DNA from: a virus
DNA: 64,000 bases
Reading direction: 5' to 3' (one strand)
IMG/VR virus record: IMGVR_UViG_3300042894_006927
Location: 1 to 64,000 of that record
Shown: piece by piece, positions 19,302-29,794 of the stretch
Layout: the number at the start of each line of letters is the position of its first letter
Position numbering within the stretch: position 1 is the stretch's first letter
Translations under genes and position numbers: made by a program
The notes under the pieces: model-generated
Told to the model about the DNA's origin: nothing
Seen by the model: only the letters and a program-made list of their open reading frames with translations
The model's database searches: none

Positions 19302-19933
19302 AACTAACAATGGTTATGCAATCCTACCTTTATGAATATGAAGGTGGGGCGAGTAATCGGGTTGATAAATTTCATCGTGCTTTAGCGGGATTTGCAGGGC
19401 AAACGGAAAGTTCAAGCAACATTGAATTGATTGTAATTTCTCACGGATGCCCAATTACAAAAGCCCAATATCGAAACTTTGTTGAATTGCACAAGCCGAA
19501 AAACTTTAGGTATTATGAGGTTCAGCGAAATTCCCAATTTGAGGGCAGTCCAAGAGATATTGGCATAGTTAATGCAAAAGGGGAATACATTGCCTATTTG
19601 GATTCCGATGATATGCTCGTTGTTGACTATTGCGAAAAACTAATTGATGCTCTAAATTTTTGGAACAACCCAAAATGGGCGTATTTTAACGATTTGATTC
19701 GCACAAATACGGGTACAAGTGAACGCAAAATTAAAATGGAACAAGGTCGAATTGGAACAAGTAATTTGTGCCATAGACAAGACCTTTTTCCCGATGTCCG
19801 TTGGGCGGGATTGGATGGTTACGGACACGATTGGGGATTCATTTTGAGATTGAAAAAGTTTGGTGGCGAGGGCGTAAGGTTTCATAAAATGGGATATGTA
19901 GTGTGCCACATTCCTTTCAAAATGGACTACTAA
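19298..19933 (+). CDS. glycosyltransferase family 2 protein
   Basis: ELIVI, G.PRD.G...AKGEYIAYLDSDD, GHDWGF. Confidence 0.88.
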   Translation: MKLTMVMQSYLYEYEGGASNRVDKFHRALAGFAGQTESSSNIELIVISHGCPITKAQYRNFVELHKPKNFRYYEVQRNSQFEGSPRDIGIVNAKGEYIAYLDSDDMLVVDYCEKLIDALNFWNNPKWAYFNDLIRTNTGTSERKIKMEQGRIGTSNLCHRQDLFPDVRWAGLDGYGHDWGFILRLKKFGGEGVRFHKMGYVVCHIPFKMDY

Positions 19934-19962
19934 TTTGTACCTTCGGTTTTAAATGACCGAAA

Positions 19963-22929
19963 ATGAACTCATACGGACTTGTATTTGGTGGAGAAAAAAC
20001 AAGCCACGATAGCGGAAACGATATTGCCTACCAAGTTGTAGCAGGAAATAATTACTCCCAAGTTGTAATTGAGGGCGATGAATATATCCTGCCAAAAGAA
20101 GCAATGCAATCCGAAAAAGTTTACGACTTTGTGGATAAATTGCCTATTGAAATGCTTGACGAAATTAAGCGTTCCGAGAATGTATTTATTCAGTTTCCAA
20201 ATTTACGGCAGGGGGATATGGTTGTCTGCAAAAATTCGGTTCGGAATGATGATTTGCACACAATTAAAGGAACTGCGAAAGAAATTGGAAACTACCTTCA
20301 AGGGCTTTCAGCGTGTAGAATGTATGCGAAAGGCGGTTACATTAGCGGTGAACTTGCCAACGGGGGCGGGGTAGAAGATGAAAGTCAGTTGCGTTTGCTT
20401 ACCCCTATGCCACCGACAAAACTTGGCAAAACGGGCATTGATTCTCTAACTGAAATCATTGGAAAAGATAAAATGCGACCTGCCTTTTCGGGGGCGTTAT
20501 ATGCAGGTAAGGGAAGAATAGTTGCCACCGATGCAAACATATTGGTTGTTCTTGAAAACCAAAACTATCCGAAATCACTTGATGGAACAATTAAATCTTT
20601 GTGGAATAAAGTGCCACAAGAAAGGTTGGTTGGTATTCCTTATCCAAATTGGGAAGCGGTTGTACCAAGCCAACAAAATTTTCAGACAAAAGAACTATCA
20701 ATAGACGATGTTCTCGCCTATGCGTATGGGGGGTTTTTAGAGGGCAAAAAAATTATTAACGAAAAGGATTTTAACAAATACCAAAAAGAAGTATTCAAAT
20801 ACATTTTACGATTAAACATTGGGAACATTGAAATTGGCGTTGATTCGTTGTTGCTTACCCGTATTTTAAGGACTTTAAAGGCGAATGATGTTCGGAAGAT
20901 TGTTTTTCATATTGGGCAAACAAATCAAAGACCAATCAAAATAACAACCGACAATAAACACTATGGGTTAATAATGCCCGTAATGATTGCTGATAAAGTT
21001 GAAGATTTAGGAGAAGCCATTTATGTTAGTCAACAAATTTTTTACCCTATTTCGGAGAAGGATTTTAGGGCAATGTCAAAAAAATATGGCGAATACTTAA
21101 CCGAATTTTCAAAAATGGTTGGGGGTGAAAGAATGGCAGAAGGTGGAGAAATTACTATGAATATGCCGCTTCTGATTCGTGTTTTGGAATTGGCTAAAGA
21201 GGATGTGAAAGAGGACAAAGAAATTCATTTTATAGCAGAAAGGTTGCAGTCAATCGCAGACAAAGGCACTTTGACTATGGAAGATTACGATTACATTTCG
21301 GGGTTGGAAAGTAACGACAAAATTCAAAAACTGATTGCCGAAAATGATAGTAACGATTCCGATTTAAGGTTTGAGCAGGGCGGGGAAGTAGAGGATTTAA
21401 TAAGCAGAGGAATTGTTGACTTGAAAATGTACGATACAATCCCAAAACACGCAAATGAATATGGTTTGCAATGCCTTAATCCATTGTTTGTTCAAACTAT
21501 TTGCGTAAGTGAACCAAAAAGATTAAAAGGTTTAGGCACAAAAGTATTATCGTACATTGAAAAATACGCAATCGAAAATGGACACGATTTAATTTTTGGT
21601 CATATCATTCAAGAAGCAAAATTTACTAAAGACGAAAGACAAACATTTTTTTGTGATATTGATATGATTAAGAATTGGTTGCACTCAAACGGATATGCAA
21701 TCAGGGATGAAAATAATGATTTTCATAAATTCATTCAAAGTAATAAGTTAGAAGGTGGAGGTAGCGTTTTGTTAGCCCCAAACGGAAAGCCGAGCAATTT
21801 AACCCCCGAACAATGGCATTTAGTCCGAACCCACGAATTTAAAGCGTGGTTTGGGGATTGGGAAGCCCTTGAAAACGCTAAATTAAGGGATAAGGGAATG
21901 GATGAAGTTACCTTGAAAAATTTGGCATCGGATGTTTCAAAGGTTGTTGATGAGAATGGTGAGCCGTTGGTGGTTTATCACGGAGGTTATATTGATTTTA
22001 ATGTTTTTGATATTGATAAGACAGCAAATAAGAGATTTTATTTTACCCCAAGTAAAGAGTACGCTGAATTTAGAGGGCAAGTTTCTAAAGCGTATTTCTT
22101 AAAGATTATAGAATTATATTATGTAGATTGGCAACAAGGGAGAACTTTACAAAAACCAAAAGGTAAATTTTCGGGTTATGCTAATTTACTAAATGGTATA
22201 AAAAATCTTAATGAAATAATTGTTTTTGAACCTACCCAAATCAAACTTGCCGATGGTAGCAACACTACATTTGATTCCAATAACCCCGATATAAGGTTTG
22301 AACAAGGCGGGATGTTAGAAAATGGTGTTGGAGGGGAGTACGATAGTTTATATGCTTTTCTTTATTGGCACAAAGAGTACATCCCAATTTTCGCTAAAAA
22401 ATACGGCATAAACGAATCGGAGTGGGAAGATTTTGTTAGTGGGGAATTGGGATATGATAAAGAAATTTTGCAAAACATTTTGGGGGATGGGTACAAACTA
22501 TTTTACGATGAAGAAAAAGATATGTTTGAGGTTTCAGAGAAAAGGAAGCGAAAAAAATCGGGCAACTATAAAATAGAGAAAGTTTCAAGTAAAAATGAAA
22601 AACAAGTTTTGAGAATAATTAACGAGGAAATAGTTACCGAGTTAAAACCAAGATTAGCAGTTTTTTGGAATGATATGGTTGTGGGTGGTTCTACTTATGA
22701 ATTTAAAAATGGCACATATAAATTTGACTTGGCTATTTTACCCGAATATCAAGGGCTTGGAATTTCAAAAGGTTTGATTCAGTCAATTATTGACGATGCA
22801 AAAATGCTAAAAGCAAAAAGTTTGGAAGCAGAGGTTGTAAACAAAAAGTTGCTTTCATACCTTCAATCAATAGGGTTTTCGGCATACAAATCTCAAGGTC
22901 AAGATTTTGCTTTCTTATCTCTAAAATAA
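19963..22929 (+). CDS. mosaic polyvalent protein / putative polyprotein (beta-clamp-like, GNAT, ADP-ribosyltransferase, GNAT)
   Basis: D..RP...IVATD...YPNW..VVP...LIMPV (clamp-like); FKAWFGDWE...VVDENGEPLVVYHG...FYFT...EIIVFEPTQIK (ART-PolyVal-like); RLKGLG and YQGLGIS acetyl-CoA loops; six xxxGG linkers. Confidence 0.8.
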   Translation: MNSYGLVFGGEKTSHDSGNDIAYQVVAGNNYSQVVIEGDEYILPKEAMQSEKVYDFVDKLPIEMLDEIKRSENVFIQFPNLRQGDMVVCKNSVRNDDLHTIKGTAKEIGNYLQGLSACRMYAKGGYISGELANGGGVEDESQLRLLTPMPPTKLGKTGIDSLTEIIGKDKMRPAFSGALYAGKGRIVATDANILVVLENQNYPKSLDGTIKSLWNKVPQERLVGIPYPNWEAVVPSQQNFQTKELSIDDVLAYAYGGFLEGKKIINEKDFNKYQKEVFKYILRLNIGNIEIGVDSLLLTRILRTLKANDVRKIVFHIGQTNQRPIKITTDNKHYGLIMPVMIADKVEDLGEAIYVSQQIFYPISEKDFRAMSKKYGEYLTEFSKMVGGERMAEGGEITMNMPLLIRVLELAKEDVKEDKEIHFIAERLQSIADKGTLTMEDYDYISGLESNDKIQKLIAENDSNDSDLRFEQGGEVEDLISRGIVDLKMYDTIPKHANEYGLQCLNPLFVQTICVSEPKRLKGLGTKVLSYIEKYAIENGHDLIFGHIIQEAKFTKDERQTFFCDIDMIKNWLHSNGYAIRDENNDFHKFIQSNKLEGGGSVLLAPNGKPSNLTPEQWHLVRTHEFKAWFGDWEALENAKLRDKGMDEVTLKNLASDVSKVVDENGEPLVVYHGGYIDFNVFDIDKTANKRFYFTPSKEYAEFRGQVSKAYFLKIIELYYVDWQQGRTLQKPKGKFSGYANLLNGIKNLNEIIVFEPTQIKLADGSNTTFDSNNPDIRFEQGGMLENGVGGEYDSLYAFLYWHKEYIPIFAKKYGINESEWEDFVSGELGYDKEILQNILGDGYKLFYDEEKDMFEVSEKRKRKKSGNYKIEKVSSKNEKQVLRIINEEIVTELKPRLAVFWNDMVVGGSTYEFKNGTYKFDLAILPEYQGLGISKGLIQSIIDDAKMLKAKSLEAEVVNKKLLSYLQSIGFSAYKSQGQDFAFLSLK

Positions 22930-22933
22930 AACA

Positions 22934-24460
22934 ATGCAAGTTTTTGAATTAACATTTTACCGAGTTGCAATACAAGGGAATGATTATTCTGAAATTATTT
23001 ATGAAGGCATAAATTTCGATTATGCGAAAATGGAATACGATTCGGTTAATATATCGGATTTCCAAGACGATTTTGGCGGTGTGGTTGAACTTGAAAAATT
23101 TGATAGGTTGTATGAGTATATTTACGATTTAGAGGATTTAGAGGATTTCCCATTTTTAAAACATTATGCCGACAATTCCTTATTTAAGGAAATAGATGAA
23201 ACCGAAATTGAAACACTTTTTCAGAGAAGGGTTGACTACATAAACCAACAAAGTGATGAACTATTGAGCAGGGTTCAACAACACTATTTTCAAATTTATG
23301 GCGATTACAAATACAATAACATTCCCGTTACTAATGGTTTGCCCGAAGATGATGATGATTTTATTGAATTTGGTTGTATTCAATTAAGGTTGGCAGACCA
23401 TTCCGAAAACCTACAAAACGTAGATAGGTTTGGCGTGTGCGATTATTACATTTCAGTAGTGATTGCAGATAAAAATGCAACAAAAGAGCAATTTTTTTCA
23501 AGTAAATTTGAAAGGCGAAAAAATGAAGTTGAATTGTACTTTGATTCAGATTCAAATTTCGATGAAATTATTGATGAAATAGAAGATAGAATTGAAAATG
23601 CAAGAGAACTTATTATGCCTAAATACGAGCAAAATAACCAAATGAAAATGGGGGGCAAATTAAATCCTTCAAAAACTCCCGCACCAATTAAAGAACGGGT
23701 TTATGGAAGCAAAATAAACAAGCCCGAATCTTCGGCATCGTTAAGGTCTGCTTCTGCAATAAAACTATCTTCCGAAAACATTTCAACGCTGAATAAAAAG
23801 GTATTGGAATTTAAGTCAAAATACATTAACCGAAACAAGAGAATGACACTTAATGCCCTAAAAGCGGTAATGCGTAGGGGTATGGGTGCTTATTCTTCAA
23901 CACACCGACCAACAATTTCGGGTGGCAAACCAAATTCAAGGGTTGCTTGGGGATTAGCAAGGGTAAATGCCTTTTTGTTCAAAGCAGAAAATGGCAGACC
24001 AAAAAACCCAAAATATGTTCAAGATGATGATTTATTGCGTGAATTGGGATATAAGTTTGCTATGCAAATGGGCGGTGGTGTTTATCTTCCCGAATTGTAC
24101 GATTTTGATGAAAGCGAATTAAAAAAAGGCGGGGAAATTTCCCCCGAAAAGTTTAAGATGCCAAACAAAGAGGTTTTGGAATATGGGGATTTTTTGAAAA
24201 AGAATCACCCGAAAGTGTGGAAGGCGGGGGGAAACATTTTCGGAAACCAAGCATTTGAGAACTTGAAGCGGGTAAGCAATAGGGGTTATTGGCTTGAAAG
24301 TGAAAGGTGGATGTATGAAAAATGGCAATCATTTGTAAAACGGCATCAACATAATCACCTTCTTGCAGGGATTATCGCCAATGTTAAGTGGGCTTCTTGG
24401 GGAAATATCGGAAAAGCAAAAGCGAAATCGGTAATTGAAAATGCTTTTTCCGATAATTAA
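22934..24460 (+). CDS. mosaic protein / putative polyprotein with three GG linkers
   Basis: acidic N-terminal module (QLRLADH), basic RRGMGAY..THRP...WGLARVNAFL module and WKAGGNI.GN module, separated by MKMGG, MQMGG and LKKGG. Confidence 0.7.
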   Translation: MQVFELTFYRVAIQGNDYSEIIYEGINFDYAKMEYDSVNISDFQDDFGGVVELEKFDRLYEYIYDLEDLEDFPFLKHYADNSLFKEIDETEIETLFQRRVDYINQQSDELLSRVQQHYFQIYGDYKYNNIPVTNGLPEDDDDFIEFGCIQLRLADHSENLQNVDRFGVCDYYISVVIADKNATKEQFFSSKFERRKNEVELYFDSDSNFDEIIDEIEDRIENARELIMPKYEQNNQMKMGGKLNPSKTPAPIKERVYGSKINKPESSASLRSASAIKLSSENISTLNKKVLEFKSKYINRNKRMTLNALKAVMRRGMGAYSSTHRPTISGGKPNSRVAWGLARVNAFLFKAENGRPKNPKYVQDDDLLRELGYKFAMQMGGGVYLPELYDFDESELKKGGEISPEKFKMPNKEVLEYGDFLKKNHPKVWKAGGNIFGNQAFENLKRVSNRGYWLESERWMYEKWQSFVKRHQHNHLLAGIIANVKWASWGNIGKAKAKSVIENAFSDN

Positions 24461-24494
24461 AATTGTTTACTATCTTCGTAAAAATCAATTTAAA

Positions 24495-24986
24495 ATGGCT
24501 TTAACGCTAAAGATTTTTGACAACAACCGAGAAATTTCTCGTCTTTGTGCTTTAGATTATATCCCAACAACATTCAAGGGAAATTCTTATTTGCCAACAA
24601 TTTCTTTAATCAAACTTGCAATCCACGAAAAGGTTGAAAATATGATTGAAGAATTTATCGTTGAGTGCAAAGCAAATGGAATGTCAGAGCAAAGTGCTTA
24701 TGAGGAACTTTCGGTAAGGGCAGAGGAGTTGCTTGGCGAACCCATTTACGCAAATAACCTAAATGCCCTTTTGCACCAAATTACCGATTCCCAACAAAAT
24801 TTTATTTTGTCCGATAGAATTGAGTACAACCTTCAAGAGTTGGAAAGAACACCAAGTAAAATAGAAGCAGAATTGATAGATGGAGTTTTTAAAGATGAAA
24901 TCAAAACCTATCATTCATTCATTCGTACTTGCCAAGATGAATCTATACTTTCTTACCTTGAACTTTTAGGTCAACAAAACATTTAA
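24495..24986 (+). CDS. hypothetical protein
   Basis: ATG at 24495; helical and acidic. Confidence 0.6.
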   Translation: MALTLKIFDNNREISRLCALDYIPTTFKGNSYLPTISLIKLAIHEKVENMIEEFIVECKANGMSEQSAYEELSVRAEELLGEPIYANNLNALLHQITDSQQNFILSDRIEYNLQELERTPSKIEAELIDGVFKDEIKTYHSFIRTCQDESILSYLELLGQQNI

Positions 24987-24987
24987 T

Positions 24988-27900
24988 ATGGCTGACGAAC
25001 AAAACATAAACGAGGAAGGAAACGCCCAAAATCCAAATTCTGCACCCGAAGTTGGAAATGACCCAAAGCCAAATGTTGAGGGGGATTTAGCGGCAGATAT
25101 TTTAAGTACATCGGAAAGTTTAGACGACACCGAAAGCGAGGATTTTGATTTTCAAGATTCTTCTCAAAAACTTTATCCGTATAAGTCGGCAAGTAATAAT
25201 CCGATAAAAGTGGGCGGGGCTTTTATCCCTTTAACGCTTACTGCTGAAACGACAACTGCTTTAAATAAAATGAAGGAAGCGGTTGGCGACATTGATGCCT
25301 ATATCGTTGAAAAACTCGGATATGACACGAAAACTGATGTTTGGCGTAGTTTCGCTTCCGAACAAATAGATGCCATTGCCTTGCAGATTTTTTCTTATGA
25401 AACCGATGGCTCTGCAATTATTTTGGGCGATATGGCGGGAACGGGAAAAGGAAGGGTTTGTGCGGGAATTTGTCGTTATGCGTATTTGCAGGGGCTTATG
25501 CCACTTTTTATTACTGAAAAAGCAAACCTATTTTCTGACTTTTACCGAGATTTAAACGACATTGGTGGATTTCCTAAACTAAACCACCCCGTAGCGGGTA
25601 ATTTGCCCATTCCTTTGATTTTAAATGCGGGTTCAAAAGAAAAGATTGTAAATAAGGACAATTCAAGAATAAAGCCATCATCAAAAGCGGGTTCAAATGA
25701 TATTTATGAGCCGAGAAAAAATATAGCGATGAGGTATGATGAAGTGCCGTTGTTATTTACCGCACAAAAGCAAGAAATACTATCTCGTTTTTACAAAAAA
25801 AACGAACTGCCCCGAAACTATCAGTTAATGGTTGCGACTTATTCACAATTTCAAGGAAAAGGAAGCGATTTAAGGGAGAAATTTGTCAAGAATAATGCAG
25901 ATAAAATTTTTGTTATTTTAGATGAAAGCCACAACGCAGCAGGGGAATCTTCGGTTGGCAGATTTTTTCAAGAAATTTTGCCAATAGTTAATGGTGCTAT
26001 GTTTTCGTCAGCAACCTACTCAAAAAGGGTTTCAAACTTAAAAATATATGCCCTGCGAAACGCTATGAGGCAGTTGGGTTCGATAAATTATATTTCACAA
26101 GTTCTTGATAACGGCAGAGATAGATTAAATGAATACATTGCTACGGGTTTGGCAGAAGCAGGACATTTATTAAGAAGGGAAAGAAGTTTTGGAGATTGTC
26201 AGATAGACACGAAATTAGTTCAGAAAAGTGAGGAAGAAAGGATTTTTGAAGAATACGACAATGCCGTTAGGGGCTTCATTCAATTAAGGGATTTTTTGAA
26301 AAGTGATATTTACCAAAATGCCGTTGCTTCTTTAATTCAAGAAGTAATAGATAATTACAATTCGGAAAACAATACTTATATTTCAATAGCACCCGAATAT
26401 GATAAAAATGCTCACGGAACGAGGGCAATGTATAATCAAAGATATACGGGGTTTTACACTCAATATGAAACATTTGGAATTGTAGGCAAAAACCATTTCA
26501 ATTATATTGAGCAGTTATTGTTTAGCGTAAAAGCGGAATCCGTAGCAAAAATAGCAGTTGAAGAATTGCAAAGGAATCAGCCCGATGCCGATAGGGATGG
26601 TATTATTGCCAAAACAACTGACCCAATTCAACGACCAAAAAACTATACATTAGGTGCAACGAAACCAATCATTGCGGTTAAAAACACTCTTGAATCAATT
26701 TTTAAAAAGGTTGGAATTACGGAGGGCAAAATAGTGGATAGAGGGGATTTTGGTATTTACTTTCAGTATTTATTGGCATCAATTTATTCGGGAAGCGTAA
26801 CCTTTAAAAAAATAGGTGGTAATAAACCCGAAACAATAACCTTTAAAGACCTTGAAATTAAAGTAACCCCCGATTCCACTTTAGATAGAGAACTCAAACG
26901 GGTAACTGAAATTCTTTTGGGATTAAAGTTTACTGCACCGCTTTCCCCTATTGACACAATAATTCAGAATGTTGAAAGTGAGAGGGCTAATCAGCCAACG
27001 CCATTTTCTGCTATCGGGGATAATTTTACCTGCCGTGAAATTTCGGGAAGGAAAACAATGTTCATAAAGTTGCCCGATGGTAGATTTCAATTAGTTAAAA
27101 ACTCAAAAACCGAAAACAATGTTGCTTCGGCATTTCAAGCGTTTAACGATGGCAGAACTGACTTTTTAATCATAAATAAATCGGGTTCTACGGGTGCTTC
27201 CGCACACTCAAGCCCACAATTTAAAGACACAAGACCGAGAACGCTTTTAATCCACCAAGTAGAGTTAAATGTTCAAACCGAAGTGCAAAAAAGGGGAAGG
27301 GTAAATAGAACGGGGCAGTTGTGGTTTCCGAGATACATTTACATCATTTCGCCTATTCCTTCCGAAACAAGGCGTATGATTATGCTTATGCGTAAGTTGA
27401 AAACGCTTGATGCCCTTTCTTCGGGCAATCAAAAGCAATCAGAAGCAATGACAACAATTCAAAGTTCCGCAGGAGTTAAAATTCGGGATTTTATCAATAA
27501 GTACGGGTGGAAGGCAGCAAGACCGATTTATTTAGAAATGCTTGGAAGGAATAGCGTAAACAATGATTCCAACGCTATTATATTAAACAACGACCAAATT
27601 GCTTCATTAGAAAAATATAGTGAAGAAGATGAAAATGGAGAGGATGCTATGCAGTTGCTTATGCGATATATGGAATTGCAATTTACAAGTGTCCAAATTG
27701 AATTTTACAATAAATCGAATACCGCATATTTTGAATTGTATCAAAAAATGGATGAAAACGGCACTTGGGATTTGGACACCGAGTATCGTGATTTTCAAAG
27801 CGTAACAAGAAATAGGTTTGAACTTGTACCGCCAAAAGGAGAGGGCGTTTTTAATCAAGGCGTATATGTTGAGGATTGTGCGATTACTGCCGATGATAAG

Positions 27901-29793
27901 CGTTTGACAAAAGATACTTTAAAAAAGGAAATAGCAAAAGCACTTGACAATAATACCATTACTGAAAAAGTGAAAAAAGAAAGGGTATTAAAGTCAATAG
28001 AGCAGTCCAAAGAAACCTATCTTAATTATAGAGTAGAAATTTTTTGGGCTTCGGCTAATGTTAATTTGGGCTTAATCACCGATGATGAAGAAAGAAACGC
28101 AAAAAGGCAAGAATACGAGGAAAGGTTAGTTTCTGAAATACCAATTTGGGAATTTCCATTTGATAGGGCTTTGGCGTTAATAAATTCGTTAATTGGCATT
28201 AACAAAAACTACAACGCCCTTGATGTTATCGCTATGGAATCATCGCTTTTTACGGGTAGTGGTGGTGGTCAAAACAACATTTATGCAAGGGCTAAATGTA
28301 TTGACATAAAAGTTGCCAAAATACCCGAAGATAGACCCGTAAAATACAATACTATTGCAGAATTTTCGGTTGTTTTCGCTTATTATGATGGGCTTTCAAC
28401 AAAAATTGAGGTAAATCTTTTTAATAGAGATTTTTATGAATTATTAAGTGCAATTACTATTGAACGAGAAAACGCAGAAATTGATGAATGGCAAATCAGA
28501 CAAAGAACGAGAGTTAATGCAAGGTTTCTAACGGGCAACCTATTTAGGGCGTATGCAATATCTTCAAACTACATAACCTACAACAACGAAAAAACAAGAA
28601 TAGATAGAAACAAAATAATCGCTACGAGGAAAGATTTTGTTCGGTTTTCAGAGTATGGGGGTAGAGGTTTGAGGTACGGCATTAGATTATACACGCAGAA
28701 TCCAAATGTACCTAAATTAAAAGGGGAGATTTTTAGTGTGTTGCCACCAAAATTCGTTTCCTTTGATAGTGAGTATTTTATTGATTTAATGTCGTCATAC
28801 AAATATAGGGATGTCCTTGTAAAAGTTGATGCCGATACCCCACTATTATTTTTGGGGTTGAACGGATATGGTAATGGGCAATTTTTCGGAGGAATAGATA
28901 GGGAATTTGTAGTTGCTTTTTTTACAAAAGGAAGAAAAAAAGAAATAAACAACCCGTTTTTGCAGGATAGCGATTGGAGAAATAAAATGGGTTTAGGCAG
29001 GTATTTTTCGGAAGGTTATAGAACCCAATACCGAAGGAGTGCTGACCAAAGGTTTTCTTCTTTTGAGGTTACATACACGAACATCGGCTATCATTTAACG
29101 AGAAGCGAAGCAGAATCGTTTTGCAAGTATTTAGCAAACTATTACACGATTGATTTGGCATTAGACACCAATGATGAAGGTTTGATAGAAGTAATTTCAG
29201 ATGAAGATACTTTTTCTTCAAGCGGTTTTCAGACAATCGAAAGAGAAGCCCCCGATTTTGGGTTTGTTTTTGTTGGACATAACACAAACGACCTATCTTC
29301 GCTTTTTGCGAACATTCCCGAAAGCAAACCTGCAATAAATCAAGGCGGTATTTGGCAAATTTATTTGTCTAAATTTCCTTCTGCATATCAACTGATGCAA
29401 TATGATTTATGTGTTCCTAAAAATAGGGTAACACCTAAACTTGTAATTGACTTGATTTTAGAGGTTTTGGTTCAAGATGAAGCATTGAAATATAGGTTTT
29501 TAAAAGAACTAAAAGACGCTATTAACGATGGCTCTGATGATGCCACTATCTACAACCGAACTTTCAATCTTATTTATCTTAAATTTAGCAATGAGGAAAG
29601 CATCTTCGGACTAAATACCGATATTGATGAAAGGGGGGAACTTTTGAGATTAGGGTTTGCAAATGCCGCAGACGAGGGGCAACCACTTGTTGCCGAAGAA
29701 GAATCCCGTTCCGAAATTAGGAAATTGGAGTTAAACCTTCTCAATGCTCAAAAATATATGATACTTTTAGAGTTTATGACGAAAAAAATGTAA
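24988..29793 (+). CDS. strawberry-notch-family SF2 helicase-like large protein
   Basis: EQIDAIA, LGDMAGTGKGR, TYSQ, LDESH, FSSATY, RRERSF, EISGR, SGSTGASAHS, QKRGRVNRTGQ. Confidence 0.9.
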   Translation: MADEQNINEEGNAQNPNSAPEVGNDPKPNVEGDLAADILSTSESLDDTESEDFDFQDSSQKLYPYKSASNNPIKVGGAFIPLTLTAETTTALNKMKEAVGDIDAYIVEKLGYDTKTDVWRSFASEQIDAIALQIFSYETDGSAIILGDMAGTGKGRVCAGICRYAYLQGLMPLFITEKANLFSDFYRDLNDIGGFPKLNHPVAGNLPIPLILNAGSKEKIVNKDNSRIKPSSKAGSNDIYEPRKNIAMRYDEVPLLFTAQKQEILSRFYKKNELPRNYQLMVATYSQFQGKGSDLREKFVKNNADKIFVILDESHNAAGESSVGRFFQEILPIVNGAMFSSATYSKRVSNLKIYALRNAMRQLGSINYISQVLDNGRDRLNEYIATGLAEAGHLLRRERSFGDCQIDTKLVQKSEEERIFEEYDNAVRGFIQLRDFLKSDIYQNAVASLIQEVIDNYNSENNTYISIAPEYDKNAHGTRAMYNQRYTGFYTQYETFGIVGKNHFNYIEQLLFSVKAESVAKIAVEELQRNQPDADRDGIIAKTTDPIQRPKNYTLGATKPIIAVKNTLESIFKKVGITEGKIVDRGDFGIYFQYLLASIYSGSVTFKKIGGNKPETITFKDLEIKVTPDSTLDRELKRVTEILLGLKFTAPLSPIDTIIQNVESERANQPTPFSAIGDNFTCREISGRKTMFIKLPDGRFQLVKNSKTENNVASAFQAFNDGRTDFLIINKSGSTGASAHSSPQFKDTRPRTLLIHQVELNVQTEVQKRGRVNRTGQLWFPRYIYIISPIPSETRRMIMLMRKLKTLDALSSGNQKQSEAMTTIQSSAGVKIRDFINKYGWKAARPIYLEMLGRNSVNNDSNAIILNNDQIASLEKYSEEDENGEDAMQLLMRYMELQFTSVQIEFYNKSNTAYFELYQKMDENGTWDLDTEYRDFQSVTRNRFELVPPKGEGVFNQGVYVEDCAITADDKRLTKDTLKKEIAKALDNNTITEKVKKERVLKSIEQSKETYLNYRVEIFWASANVNLGLITDDEERNAKRQEYEERLVSEIPIWEFPFDRALALINSLIGINKNYNALDVIAMESSLFTGSGGGQNNIYARAKCIDIKVAKIPEDRPVKYNTIAEFSVVFAYYDGLSTKIEVNLFNRDFYELLSAITIERENAEIDEWQIRQRTRVNARFLTGNLFRAYAISSNYITYNNEKTRIDRNKIIATRKDFVRFSEYGGRGLRYGIRLYTQNPNVPKLKGEIFSVLPPKFVSFDSEYFIDLMSSYKYRDVLVKVDADTPLLFLGLNGYGNGQFFGGIDREFVVAFFTKGRKKEINNPFLQDSDWRNKMGLGRYFSEGYRTQYRRSADQRFSSFEVTYTNIGYHLTRSEAESFCKYLANYYTIDLALDTNDEGLIEVISDEDTFSSSGFQTIEREAPDFGFVFVGHNTNDLSSLFANIPESKPAINQGGIWQIYLSKFPSAYQLMQYDLCVPKNRVTPKLVIDLILEVLVQDEALKYRFLKELKDAINDGSDDATIYNRTFNLIYLKFSNEESIFGLNTDIDERGELLRLGFANAADEGQPLVAEEESRSEIRKLELNLLNAQKYMILLEFMTKKM

Positions 29794-29794
29794 A

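Noticed and set aside
2-19933. Host chromosomal LPS/capsule locus
   Set aside because: The glycosyltransferases are interleaved with phage-type primase, helicase and small genes, and there are no wzx/wzy/transport or housekeeping genes
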